64,000 nt of DNA from Candidatus Sulfomarinibacteraceae bacterium (GTDB lineage Bacteria; Acidobacteriota; Thermoanaerobaculia; Thermoanaerobaculales; Sulfomarinibacteraceae), in NCBI GenBank assembly GCA_963796455.1, contig CAWCLO010000001.1, forward strand, positions 928,001 to 992,000, read 5' to 3'. Made by a program: the position numbers and the translations under genes. This document shows positions 8,974 through 18,535 of the stretch, piece after piece; position 1 is the first letter of the stretch, and each line of letters starts with the position of its first letter. A model generated the notes under the pieces. That model was not told where the DNA came from and did not search any database. It saw nothing but the letters and a program-made list of their open reading frames with translations.

Positions 8974-9384
8974 ATGAACCTCAATCCCAACCTGGTTGTC
9001 CATCGCGGCGGATGCCACTGCGGCGCGGTTCGTTTCGAGGTCGATGCACCGGCAGAGCTCCATGTCAAACTCTGCAACTGCTCGATCTGCGCCATGACCT
9101 CCTATCTCCACCTGATCGTTCCGAAAGACGATTTTCGTTTACTCGAAGGCGAAGACATCCTCACCACCTACACATTCAACACCGGGGTCGCACAGCACCT
9201 TTTCTGTGCCAATTGTGGTATCAAATCGTTTTACGTCCCACGTTCGAACCCGAATGGCGTCAGCGTGAACGCCCGCTGTCTCGAGCCCGAAACGGTCGCG
9301 AGGATCAAAATCTCCGATTTTGATGGCCGTGAATGGGAAAAAAACATCCATACGCTTCCACAATTTTCTCAGGACGAAGTATAA
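8974..9384 (+). CDS. GFA/CENP-V family protein
   Basis: GGCHCGAVRF, CNCSIC, FCANCG, RSNP. Confidence 0.9.
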   Translation: MNLNPNLVVHRGGCHCGAVRFEVDAPAELHVKLCNCSICAMTSYLHLIVPKDDFRLLEGEDILTTYTFNTGVAQHLFCANCGIKSFYVPRSNPNGVSVNARCLEPETVARIKISDFDGREWEKNIHTLPQFSQDEV

Positions 9385-9411
9385 TCTCCGGCCATCAGCC
9401 ATGGTGGAGAA

Positions 9412-9831
9412 ATGAAAGCACGATCGTGCGCTCTTCTCGTCGGCGTTCTGACGCTGATCGCCGCTGGATGCGGTGATGGTGGCCCGACCCTCCCGACCCA
9501 GCAAAAGGACTGGCTGGTCGTATTCAAAAGGATCACCGTCGCCAATGATGCGCCCGGTCAGGCCGAGATCGAAGTGGACGTCCGATCGGGATCGAGCTAT
9601 TCGAGCAACGCTCCCGACGGGACCGTGGTTGTCTTTCGCGCAACACTCGGACATTTCGCTGGTGGGTCAGACACCATAAAGGTCTCGACTCACGCCGGGC
9701 GGGCCACCGTCATCCTGATCCTCCCCGGGCAGTCCCGTTTCCAACTGACCGCTTCGGCAGGAGCATCCGTGACGGAGATCCTCTTCATCGTCCACGACGA
9801 TGGATCGCTGCAACTCGGCACGTCGTCCTGA
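9412..9831 (+). CDS. Hypothetical lipoprotein (Ig-like fold possible)
   Basis: Signal peptide with lipobox AAGC; GGAG RBS. Confidence 0.65.
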   Translation: MKARSCALLVGVLTLIAAGCGDGGPTLPTQQKDWLVVFKRITVANDAPGQAEIEVDVRSGSSYSSNAPDGTVVVFRATLGHFAGGSDTIKVSTHAGRATVILILPGQSRFQLTASAGASVTEILFIVHDDGSLQLGTSS

Positions 9832-9876
9832 AGCGCTCGACACCCACCGCGAGACGCTGTAGGGTCGGCGGTACCC

Positions 9877-10365
9877 GTGATTGGAACAAATCTCATCACT
9901 ACTGCAGTCGCAGCGAGCGCACCCCAGTGGCCCACCCAGGATCTCGGCCGCCTGTTCGTGTGGATCGCTGTTCCGGCGGTGATTCTGGCAACCATAATCG
10001 CGGGTTTCATCAAATGGAAAATCCTCTCATCTCCAACCTTCCGCCAACACCGCCCATCATGGCGGGCTTTTGCATGGGTCGGCATCGCGGACATGGTTGC
10101 GTGGGCGGTGTTGTGGCCGGCCCTGCTGGTGGTTCGTGTGCAAGGCGCTGGTGACGGCGGGGCCCTCTGGATCATCGCTCTCCTGCTGGTCGTGGCTCTC
10201 GGCTATGTGGCCAACCGCTACGGCTTCGGTCAGGCCTTTGATCCGGCGGTCGCCGGGAGCATGCGAGGCACTCTTTTGGCAGAGCTCTTCACGATCATGA
10301 TGCCGGTATTGGCTGTTTTGGTCGGTCTGCTTTTGTTCTGGGTGGTTTCCGCCCTGGGGGTTTGA
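9877..10365 (+). CDS. Hypothetical membrane protein
   Basis: Four hydrophobic segments; abuts the next gene. Confidence 0.6.
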   Translation: MIGTNLITTAVAASAPQWPTQDLGRLFVWIAVPAVILATIIAGFIKWKILSSPTFRQHRPSWRAFAWVGIADMVAWAVLWPALLVVRVQGAGDGGALWIIALLLVVALGYVANRYGFGQAFDPAVAGSMRGTLLAELFTIMMPVLAVLVGLLLFWVVSALGV

Positions 10366-10366
10366 A

Positions 10367-11236
10367 ATGATCAAAAACGTTCACAACCGCGTGTGGGCCT
10401 TCGATATCGAGTGGGTGCCGGATCCGGTGGCGGGCCGGCTGCTGTACGAGGAGGCCGTGGAGCTCGCCGATCCAGGCGAGGTCATGCGGGTCATGTGGGA
10501 GCGTGGCGGCGCCACCGAGGAGAATCCGACTCCCTTTCTGAAAACCGTCGTCTGCCGGGTCGTCTCAGTCGCGGCGCTCGAGAGACGACGCCTCCACGAC
10601 GGATCGGTCAAGCTCAACCTCATGGCGCTGCCACACGACCCCACGAACGGCAAAGAATGTACTGAAGCGCACGTCGTCGGCACCTTCCTCGACGCCCTGG
10701 GGAACAACCGCCCCCAGCTGGTGGGCTACAATTCGCTCCAATCCGACCTCAAAATTCTGATCCAGCGCGGGCTGCTTCTCGGCCTCTCGGCGCCGGGATT
10801 CTGCGAGCGACCCGACAAACCGTGGGAAGGCATCGACTACTTCGCCCGTGGCTCCGATTTCAACATCGACCTCCAGGAAATCGTCGGCGGGTGGGGCCGC
10901 GTCAACCCCAGCCTGCACGAGATTGCGGTCCAGTCGGGAATCCCGGGGAAAATGGGGGTCGACGGCAACGACGTGGCGCCCTTGTGGCTGGAAGGCAACA
11001 TCAAACGCATCGTGAATTACAACGAGTGCGATGCCGTCACGACCTACCTGGTTTGGCTACGACTCGCCCACTTCGCCGGTTTTTTTGACCAAAAAGCCTA
11101 TGACAAAGAACAACGGCTGGTCGAGAAACTTCTGGAGTCGCTGATCAAAGACGGGGGCCACGAACATCTCGCCGAGTATCTCGAAGCCTGGCGCGTGCTC
11201 CGCAGCCGCATCGAGAGCGAGAGAAAACTGGAATAG
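10367..11236 (+). CDS. PolB-like 3'-5' exonuclease family protein
   Basis: FDIEW (ExoI), LVGYN..SD (ExoII), YNECD (ExoIII). Confidence 0.85.
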   Translation: MIKNVHNRVWAFDIEWVPDPVAGRLLYEEAVELADPGEVMRVMWERGGATEENPTPFLKTVVCRVVSVAALERRRLHDGSVKLNLMALPHDPTNGKECTEAHVVGTFLDALGNNRPQLVGYNSLQSDLKILIQRGLLLGLSAPGFCERPDKPWEGIDYFARGSDFNIDLQEIVGGWGRVNPSLHEIAVQSGIPGKMGVDGNDVAPLWLEGNIKRIVNYNECDAVTTYLVWLRLAHFAGFFDQKAYDKEQRLVEKLLESLIKDGGHEHLAEYLEAWRVLRSRIESERKLE

Positions 11237-11310
11237 ATGCATCGGGAGAATTGTCTCAACTCGTGACGCCCGGTGAGATCACCGGACCGAGAAGCGAGAC
11301 GGGGGCACCA

Positions 11311-13332
11311 GTGACGAGTAAGAACGATCCGATTGCCGGTTTCCACCGGCGGGACTTCATGAGGATGCTGGCCGGCACAGCCGCTACGGCCGGTCTGTCG
11401 CTGCCCGCGGTCTCGTGCGGTGGTTCGTCGACCGACAAAAAGGTCATCGTCCTCGGTCTCGACGGGCTCGACCCGAAGATTCTCGGGGCGTTGATGGAAA
11501 TGGGACGTCTGCCGAACTTCAAAAAACTCGCCGAAATGGGATCTCTGCAAGCCCTCGGAACCACCATGCCCGCCCTCAGTCCGGTTGCGTGGTCGAGCTT
11601 TATCACCGGCATGACTCCCGGTGGCCACGGCATCGCCGATTTCATCGCCCGCGATCCAAAGACCTACACGCCGGTTTTTGCGATTTACGAAAACACCGAG
11701 CCCGATCTGACGATCTCGGTCGGCGATGTCCACCTTCCGATCAAGGGAGGGGGGCCGAAGAACCTACGCCGGGGCAAACCCTTCTGGGCCTACCTCACGG
11801 AGCGCGACATCCCGGCCTGGATCTCCAAGATCCCGACCAACTTCCCGGTCGAAGAGACCGCCACCAAGGCCATCGCCGGGATGGGGACCCCGGATCTGGT
11901 GGACTCGTATGGTGTCTTCTCCTACTACACCTCCGATCCCTTCGAGGACTATCCGAATCTCGAAGGCGGCGAGATCGTCTATGTCGATGTCAATCAGAAC
12001 GTCGTCCGCTCCAATGTTCTTGGACCGGTCAACTCGCTGGTGACTGCAAAGGACACCTCGTCGGACCCCTACGCCAATACCGCCAAAATTCCGTTTACCG
12101 CCTACCTCGACCCCAAGGCCGACGGCGTCCGCCTCGACATCCAGGGGCAGACCATTCTCCTCAAACGCGGTGAGTACTCGCCCTGGGTCACCCTGACCTT
12201 CGACCTCCTGCCGGTCATCGGCTCGGTGCAGGGGATTGCGCGTTTTCTCGTGAAGGGAATCGCCCCCCATTTCCAGCTCTACGTCACACCAATCAATATC
12301 GACCCCTCCGCGCAGGCGGCGCCGGTCACCTATCCGGTGGAGTTCGGGGCCGAGATCGCCCGCGACATCGGCGCATTCTGGACCAAGGGCCTCCCCGCCG
12401 ACGTCAAGGCATTCGACCACAAGGTCATCAATGACGAGGAGTACATCGGCCAGGCCGAATTGATCCTCAAGGAACGGATGGCGCTCTTCGATCACCAGTG
12501 GTCGCGTTTCGAAAACGGGCTCTTCTATTTCTACGTCTCCTCCACCGATCAGGATGCCCACATGATGTGGCGCAACATGGACGAGACGCACCCTAAGCAT
12601 CACGAGTCGGACGTGCGCTTCGCCGGTTGGATCCCCCACCTCTATGAAGAGATGGACAAGCTCGTCGGCAAGGTGCTGCCGGCGGTGGATGACAAGACCC
12701 TGCTCCTGGTCTGCTCCGACCACGGTTTCGCCCAGTTCGCACGCCAGTTCCACCTCAACACCTGGCTCCGCGACAACGGTTATCTGGTGCTCAAGGACGG
12801 TGCCGCCAAGAAGGACGAAACCTCGATCTTCGACGTGGATTGGTCACAAAGTGTGGCGTACGGCGTCGGATTCAACGGTCTCTACCTCAACCTCCAGGGC
12901 CGCGAACGCGACGGAATCGTCACACCCGAGAAAGCCGGGGAGATCACCGCCCGGCTGATCCGCGAGCTCGAGGCCATCACCGATCTGGAGACCGGTCAAC
13001 GCCCTGTCGCCAAGGTCTACCGTCGCGAAGAAATGTACACCGGCCCGGCGACGCCAATGATGCCCGAGCTGCTGGTTGGTTACACGCCCGGCTATCGCAA
13101 CGCCTCGGCCTCGGTCCTGGGATCGACCGGCAAACCCACCATCGACCTCAATCCGTGGGCGTGGTCTGGCGACCACTCGATGGCCCGCGACCTGGTGCCC
13201 GGCACCCTCCTATCATCGCAGAAGGTCGCCAAGGCCGATGCCAACATCCTCGATCTGCCGGTTTCCATCCTCGAATTCTTCGGGGTTTCAAAACCCGAGC
13301 AGATGGTCGGCAGCTCGATCTTCCGCGTGTGA
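11311..13332 (+). CDS. Tat-exported alkaline phosphatase / nucleotide pyrophosphatase superfamily protein
   Basis: HRRDF twin-arginine signal; LGLDG, SPVAWS, SDHGF, SGDH; start uncertain (11251 or 11311). Confidence 0.85.
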   Translation: MTSKNDPIAGFHRRDFMRMLAGTAATAGLSLPAVSCGGSSTDKKVIVLGLDGLDPKILGALMEMGRLPNFKKLAEMGSLQALGTTMPALSPVAWSSFITGMTPGGHGIADFIARDPKTYTPVFAIYENTEPDLTISVGDVHLPIKGGGPKNLRRGKPFWAYLTERDIPAWISKIPTNFPVEETATKAIAGMGTPDLVDSYGVFSYYTSDPFEDYPNLEGGEIVYVDVNQNVVRSNVLGPVNSLVTAKDTSSDPYANTAKIPFTAYLDPKADGVRLDIQGQTILLKRGEYSPWVTLTFDLLPVIGSVQGIARFLVKGIAPHFQLYVTPINIDPSAQAAPVTYPVEFGAEIARDIGAFWTKGLPADVKAFDHKVINDEEYIGQAELILKERMALFDHQWSRFENGLFYFYVSSTDQDAHMMWRNMDETHPKHHESDVRFAGWIPHLYEEMDKLVGKVLPAVDDKTLLLVCSDHGFAQFARQFHLNTWLRDNGYLVLKDGAAKKDETSIFDVDWSQSVAYGVGFNGLYLNLQGRERDGIVTPEKAGEITARLIRELEAITDLETGQRPVAKVYRREEMYTGPATPMMPELLVGYTPGYRNASASVLGSTGKPTIDLNPWAWSGDHSMARDLVPGTLLSSQKVAKADANILDLPVSILEFFGVSKPEQMVGSSIFRV

Positions 13333-13344
13333 CCGAAAACGGTT

Positions 13345-13368
13345 GTAGGGGCGGCACATGTGCCGCCC
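13345..13368 (+). repeat. GTAG-type REP with a 20-bp perfect palindrome GGGCGGCACATGTGCCGCCC
   Basis: GTAG foot plus palindrome between convergent genes; may also act as a terminator. Confidence 0.7.
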
Positions 13369-13377
13369 ATTGTCATT

Positions 13378-16300
13378 TCACCACTCCGGAACAGTCGCCC
13401 ATCCCGGGAACGGTCCAACCTCGATCTTCCAGCCGGTGGAGGACTCGGGGTCGCGGACCGCGCGGAGGTTGGTGAGGGTCTTGAGTTTGGCGATGAGCTC
13501 GTCGTGCGGCAGCGTATGCAACGGCGGTTTGTCTAAATCCGGCATCGGCCAGATGCGCACGGTCGTGTCGGAACCGGCCGAAGCGACCCACCGCAGATCG
13601 GGCGAAACGGCAACGCATTCGACCGCGCCTTCATGGCCCGCAAGCAGGTGCGGCTCACCGCCGCCAATGCGACCGACGCGGACGACGCCGTCGGCATCAC
13701 CCGTAACCGCAACGGCCCCCATCGGATCGAGAGCGACCACCCTGACGCAGTCGCCGAAAGATGGCAGCGCCTCGGTCGTTCCAGCTTCCAGATCGAAGAG
13801 CACCGGAGTCGCACAGATGTCCAGCTCAAGGCCCCCCCCGAGGCTCTCGACCATCAGCACCTTCAGTCCGTCGGCGCTTACCGCCGCTGTCCTGTAGCCG
13901 ACAGTTTCCAGCTCGACGGCCTCTTCGCTCGATCCGTCCTTCAGGTCCCATTTGAGGAACTTCGAAGCCCCAATCGTGAACAGGGTGTCCTCGTCGGTGA
14001 ACCAGAGGTTTTGCACGTTATCCTCGTAGACGGCCGAGGCCATCTCGGCCGACTCATCGGCGGAGTACCTGCTCATTTCAGACCTCGGCAGATCGAAGGC
14101 CCTCGCCTCTCCCGTTTCCAGATCCCACACCCGAAGCGTGTGCTCCTCGACGCCGATACCGGAGGCTGCTGCGACGAGGCGTCCACTCGGCGAGAACGCT
14201 GCCGCCTCGATCAATGTCTCGTTCGGAAAACCTTCCAGCCTTCGCGGCTCTCCGCCGTCCATCGGCACGACCACGAGGCGACCAGGTCGTCCTCCCGTCA
14301 CGTGCTCACCGGACGGGTCGAACACCGGGTTGGAGAGGATGTAATGCCTGGCCAGCTTCGGTGTCTCCGCCTGGTCGGCCTCCGAAAGCGGAAAGAGCCT
14401 GGCTCTTCCCGGCGGCCAGATCGTCGCCAGCCACCGGCCGTCGGGGCTGAAAGCCAGACCCTTCCGATACGAGGACGCGCCCTCGACGACGCTGGGATAG
14501 GTTTTGCGCAACGGCCAGAAGGTCGTTCCGGAACTGCCGCCGCCCGCAGTGGCGACCGCCCAATCGGATTTCGGATGCACGGCGAGTTGCGCGAACTGCC
14601 ACGAACCGCTCCGCCGCAGCTCGAGCGGCTGCGTTCCCGGCGGGGCCGAAAGATCCCACAACAGCCCCTTGCCGATCTCGCTTGCAGACTCGGGGTAGAT
14701 CCAACGACCCGTACGATCAAGGAGGAGACCAATATCGTCCGGCGCTCCTTCGGGTCTGGGAATCACCCGCAGCGGCCCGGCCCCGGGCGCTGCGAGCGAC
14801 CACACTCGAAGCGCTCCTTCGTCGTCGCGGGACATGAAGCGGCCGCCGTTCAATGTGTGATGACTCAACACTCTGGCACGATTTGCGTCGTGAACACCGA
14901 CGACAAGGTCGTTGCCTCTTTCGACCATGGGTAACGAGCTGGTGAAGATCGTGTCACCCGTGGCGTAGATCCAGGCGTCTCCCGACGGGTCAAAGAGAGA
15001 CGTGAAAGGTCGCAGCTCCTCCCAGTCGATCCTCCGGCCGAGATCCTCAGGCTCGCCTTCCGGCAGCCTCCAGGATCTCAGCAATATGTCCCATCTCCGC
15101 GTCGGGTGGCTCAGAAAGGTCTCCGTGAGGAGGCGATACCCCTCGACCTGCCAGTAGGTCGGCCCTCCGAACTCGATCGTCCGAAGGAGCCGTTCTTCCG
15201 GAATGGACCAGATGAAAACCCGCTCGGCATTAGCAGTCCGGAAGTGGACTCCCGTTGCCAGGAGCTTCTGCGAGATCCATTGGGCTCCCCACCCCTTGAC
15301 CGCACGCCTCCCGGGGGGGTCGAGAACGAGAGGTCCATCACCCGTATCCCACCAGACTGCCGCCACGTCTCTGAAGCCCATCAAGGCAATCGCGCTTCCG
15401 TCGGGGCTGAATCGTGGGAAGACCGCCGGTGCTCCACGGGAATCAAGGACAAGGACCGGCGGCGCCTCCCAGAGGGCTCTCATCACGAAGGACCGTGCCG
15501 CAGGAGAATCGGCCAGATTGAGGCTCGCCATGGTGTAGGCGAGCGCTTCAGTCGGATCTGTTGGGAGCTGGGCCTGGGCCAACGCAACGAGCTTGCTGGC
15601 CTCGGCACGCCTGGACTCTGAGACCGCTTGCTGGCGGGACAGGCCAACCACGACGAGAAACGCCAGCAGAACGGCGAATGCGGCGGCGACCCCGATCCGT
15701 CGGCGACGTTTTCTCCGCCTGGCGTGCGAAAACATCGCCCGGGAGTACTCTTCTTCGAGCTCGCTCAACCCGCCGGGGTACCGTTCCCGCCACGAAGCGA
15801 ACTCGCGAAAGGCGGCGCCACTCCACAACCGGTCGCGGTGACGTCCATGCTCGTCCCAGGAACGTGCCGTCTGCCTCAGCTCATCTCTCATGCGTGCCGA
15901 GTCGGCGTCCTGGGTCTGCCATCCGATGAGCCGCGGCCAGTTGGTGAGCAGCGATTCGTGGATGATCTCGATGCGCCTCGTCGATTCATCTTCTTCTTCA
16001 CGAAGCTCGTAGGTTGTGAGCAGCCGTGCATCGGTCAATTCACGTAATACCTCCTCGGGCGACTCGCGTTGCGAATCGCTGAATACAGACAACAGTTCGT
16101 CCCACTCGCGCACGGCGCGTGTGCCCTCGGCGGTGACCAGGTTGCGGAAAAGCTCGCGGACCACGCCCTGGCGACCCCTTCCGATCCGCTCCAAAACTGC
16201 CTCGGCGTGGTGGGCCAGCGCACCCGCGACCCCGCCGATGTCACCATATGCCTCCCGTGTCAGCATCTTGCGCTCGCGATCGCGCGTCTCCCACAACCGC

Positions 16301-17457
16301 GCGACGGCAAATGCGAGGAGCGGCAACGCGCCGCGCTCTCCCTCCACGGCCTCCAACATCTCATCCACAAGGCCGTCATCCTCGAATGCGTAGCCGAACC
16401 GTGCCGCCGGTTGCTCGAGGGCGCGACGCAGGTCCTCGCGGGCCGGCACCTTGACGGGGGTGAGGGAATCGAAGATCGGCTCGAGTTCCTCGTGGTCGTG
16501 ACATCTGAAGAGAAAGTCATCTCTCAAGCCCAGCAAAACGTGGACGTCCGCCTTCCGCGCGAGATGGCCGATCAATCCCGCAAATCGCGCCTGGACTTCA
16601 GGTGGGTTGAGTGTAAGGAGTTCTTCGAATTGATCAACGATCAAAAGTGCCTGCCCGTGCAGCTGCCGCCACCGCGCCACCAGGGTGGCCGCGGTGTCGG
16701 CGTCACGGACACCCACCAGCCCTTCCACAGCCTCCCGATCACCCTCGAACTCGGGCAGGAGCGCCCGCGCGAGCCCCGCGAGTGGATCGTCACCGGGATG
16801 GCAGACGACCACCCCCCAACCGTCGGGGGCTGCGGGCACCAGACCCGCCCTCAAGAATGAGCTCTTGCCGACGCCCGACGGGCCAATCACGGCCAGCAGA
16901 CGCCGGGAGGTGATCTTGCGCCACAACTGTGTTACCTCGGCCTCGCGGCCGAAGAAGATCTCGGCGTCGGCCTCGGTGAAGGCGGCAAGCCCGGGGTAGG
17001 GGTTGAGGCTCTCTTCTCCCAACCGAGCAGGGAAATGAGCGATTGTCGCCCTGGTCGGGGGGTTCATCTCCATCGGCGCGATCAGCCGGTAGCCTTTGCG
17101 GTGGATGGTCTCGATGTAACGCGGCTGTTTGGCGTCGTCGCCGAAAGTTCGACGCAGCTCGGCGACCGCCCGGGTGAGGGTCTTTTCGGTGATGAACTCG
17201 GTCGCCCACACGGTGTCGGTGATCTCCCGGCGGGTCACCAGCTCTCCGGCTCTCCCCGCCAGACACACCAGCACATCCATCATCTTGAGCTCGATCTGGA
17301 TCGACTCCTCGCCCCGGGTCAGGCGGTTGAGGCGCGGATCCACCCGCCAGTCGCCGAGCCGAAACGAGGCATCCGCCAACTCGTGATGCTCAGTTGTCGT
17401 GGTCACCTTGAGATGAATATGGGTCGCGGTTCCTTCGAATGCCAGAAAGTTGGGCAT
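13378..17457 (-). CDS. OmpR/CadC-type winged HTH + STAND (nSTAND1-like) NTPase + WD40 repeat protein
   Basis: YIETIHRKGYRL; PYPGLAAF; Walker A GPSGVGKSS; Walker B IVDQFEE; C-terminal WD repeats (GHEGAV..SPD..DTTVRIW). Confidence 0.9.
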   Translation of the reverse strand: MPNFLAFEGTATHIHLKVTTTTEHHELADASFRLGDWRVDPRLNRLTRGEESIQIELKMMDVLVCLAGRAGELVTRREITDTVWATEFITEKTLTRAVAELRRTFGDDAKQPRYIETIHRKGYRLIAPMEMNPPTRATIAHFPARLGEESLNPYPGLAAFTEADAEIFFGREAEVTQLWRKITSRRLLAVIGPSGVGKSSFLRAGLVPAAPDGWGVVVCHPGDDPLAGLARALLPEFEGDREAVEGLVGVRDADTAATLVARWRQLHGQALLIVDQFEELLTLNPPEVQARFAGLIGHLARKADVHVLLGLRDDFLFRCHDHEELEPIFDSLTPVKVPAREDLRRALEQPAARFGYAFEDDGLVDEMLEAVEGERGALPLLAFAVARLWETRDRERKMLTREAYGDIGGVAGALAHHAEAVLERIGRGRQGVVRELFRNLVTAEGTRAVREWDELLSVFSDSQRESPEEVLRELTDARLLTTYELREEEDESTRRIEIIHESLLTNWPRLIGWQTQDADSARMRDELRQTARSWDEHGRHRDRLWSGAAFREFASWRERYPGGLSELEEEYSRAMFSHARRRKRRRRIGVAAAFAVLLAFLVVVGLSRQQAVSESRRAEASKLVALAQAQLPTDPTEALAYTMASLNLADSPAARSFVMRALWEAPPVLVLDSRGAPAVFPRFSPDGSAIALMGFRDVAAVWWDTGDGPLVLDPPGRRAVKGWGAQWISQKLLATGVHFRTANAERVFIWSIPEERLLRTIEFGGPTYWQVEGYRLLTETFLSHPTRRWDILLRSWRLPEGEPEDLGRRIDWEELRPFTSLFDPSGDAWIYATGDTIFTSSLPMVERGNDLVVGVHDANRARVLSHHTLNGGRFMSRDDEGALRVWSLAAPGAGPLRVIPRPEGAPDDIGLLLDRTGRWIYPESASEIGKGLLWDLSAPPGTQPLELRRSGSWQFAQLAVHPKSDWAVATAGGGSSGTTFWPLRKTYPSVVEGASSYRKGLAFSPDGRWLATIWPPGRARLFPLSEADQAETPKLARHYILSNPVFDPSGEHVTGGRPGRLVVVPMDGGEPRRLEGFPNETLIEAAAFSPSGRLVAAASGIGVEEHTLRVWDLETGEARAFDLPRSEMSRYSADESAEMASAVYEDNVQNLWFTDEDTLFTIGASKFLKWDLKDGSSEEAVELETVGYRTAAVSADGLKVLMVESLGGGLELDICATPVLFDLEAGTTEALPSFGDCVRVVALDPMGAVAVTGDADGVVRVGRIGGGEPHLLAGHEGAVECVAVSPDLRWVASAGSDTTVRIWPMPDLDKPPLHTLPHDELIAKLKTLTNLRAVRDPESSTGWKIEVGPFPGWATVPEW

Positions 17458-17511
17458 TGAGTTGTGGGTTCCACCTAGCCTCCCCTAATGCCTCTCGGGT
17501 TGGCGGGTGGC

Positions 17512-17551
17512 AAATCCGAAATTCGAAATCCGAAATCCGAAATCCGAACTC
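17512..17551 (-). repeat. Heptamer array (ATTTCGG on the minus strand)
   Basis: AAATCCG units directly after the stop of the 17556 gene. Confidence 0.85.
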
Positions 17552-17555
17552 GCAG

Positions 17556-18125
17556 TCACAGGCCGCAATGTTTCATGACCATCTGGTTGATGAGCGTGGA
17601 GGTCATGCCGTCTGGATCCAGGGGGTACTCGCTGAGGCCAGCGTGGTGGAGCGCCTCGTGGACGATCACCATCGCCGCCTGCGTATCGGACAGCCGCGAG
17701 AACTCCCGGCACACCCAGATCGGTCCACCGCCGACGAGGGTGTAGGCGGAGCTGCCGCGGCACACGCCACCTTGCGCCTGCGCGCGTCCGATCGGAATAA
17801 AGATGACCCGGGCGAGGGCATCCATCCCGTCGGAGCCGAGCTCGGCGAAGAGCCCACGGCACTCCGGGACCTCTTGGACCCGTTCGAGGGCCACGTCGAA
17901 CGCATCAGAGATTTTGCGCCGGTTCTTGACCGACACTTCCGAGCTGATCGTGGGTTTGCAGATCGTTGGAGTTCCGCCGTCCACGGAGACTGCTCCAAGG
18001 GCGGTAGTCGCCGCGGCGGCGACGACCGCGGGTGAGGCACCCGACTCGACGGCGTCGGACGCCCACGCGGATGGAATCATTGTTGCCAGAACAGCGCCAC
18101 AGAAAAGGACCAACCTCGCCGCCAT
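17556..18125 (-). CDS. Secreted protein with an HExxH motif (putative zinc metallopeptidase)
   Basis: GGAGG RBS, signal peptide, VIVHEALHHAG. Confidence 0.65.
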   Translation of the reverse strand: MAARLVLFCGAVLATMIPSAWASDAVESGASPAVVAAAATTALGAVSVDGGTPTICKPTISSEVSVKNRRKISDAFDVALERVQEVPECRGLFAELGSDGMDALARVIFIPIGRAQAQGGVCRGSSAYTLVGGGPIWVCREFSRLSDTQAAMVIVHEALHHAGLSEYPLDPDGMTSTLINQMVMKHCGL

Positions 18126-18535
18126 CAGGACCTCCCCGGGGCGACGCGGTTTACCGATTCGTCGGTTGGCGATTCCGCCGACGTTGTCCGGTGTATGTGT
18201 GTGCCGCCCCATGGGTTCACGTTCGGGCGTGGGAGGCGGAAAGTAGTTAGGCGAAGGCGAGAGAGAGGATAGGGATTGGTGAGGGCCTGGCCGTTTTCAG
18301 ACAACCTGTTTATTTATTTACATTTAGAAAACCTGTGAAGAGCCGGTCCGGGATCCTGACAGCACACAATGTGGACGGCGATTGCTCGCTTGCTCAATCG
18401 ATATCGATTGCCCTTCCTGTTTTGAGTTCATAAAGATTTTTGGCACCAGTTTGTTGCGTTTTCATTCCCAGGGCACCACCTTTCCAGATAGAAACAACAG
18501 AGCACATTGCGCGAGACGAGGGGGGATCGGCGGTC

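Noticed and set aside
18439..18458. Sigma54 promoter TGGCAC...TTGC
   Set aside because: GG-to-GC spacing is 2 nt too long for the -24/-12 consensus.
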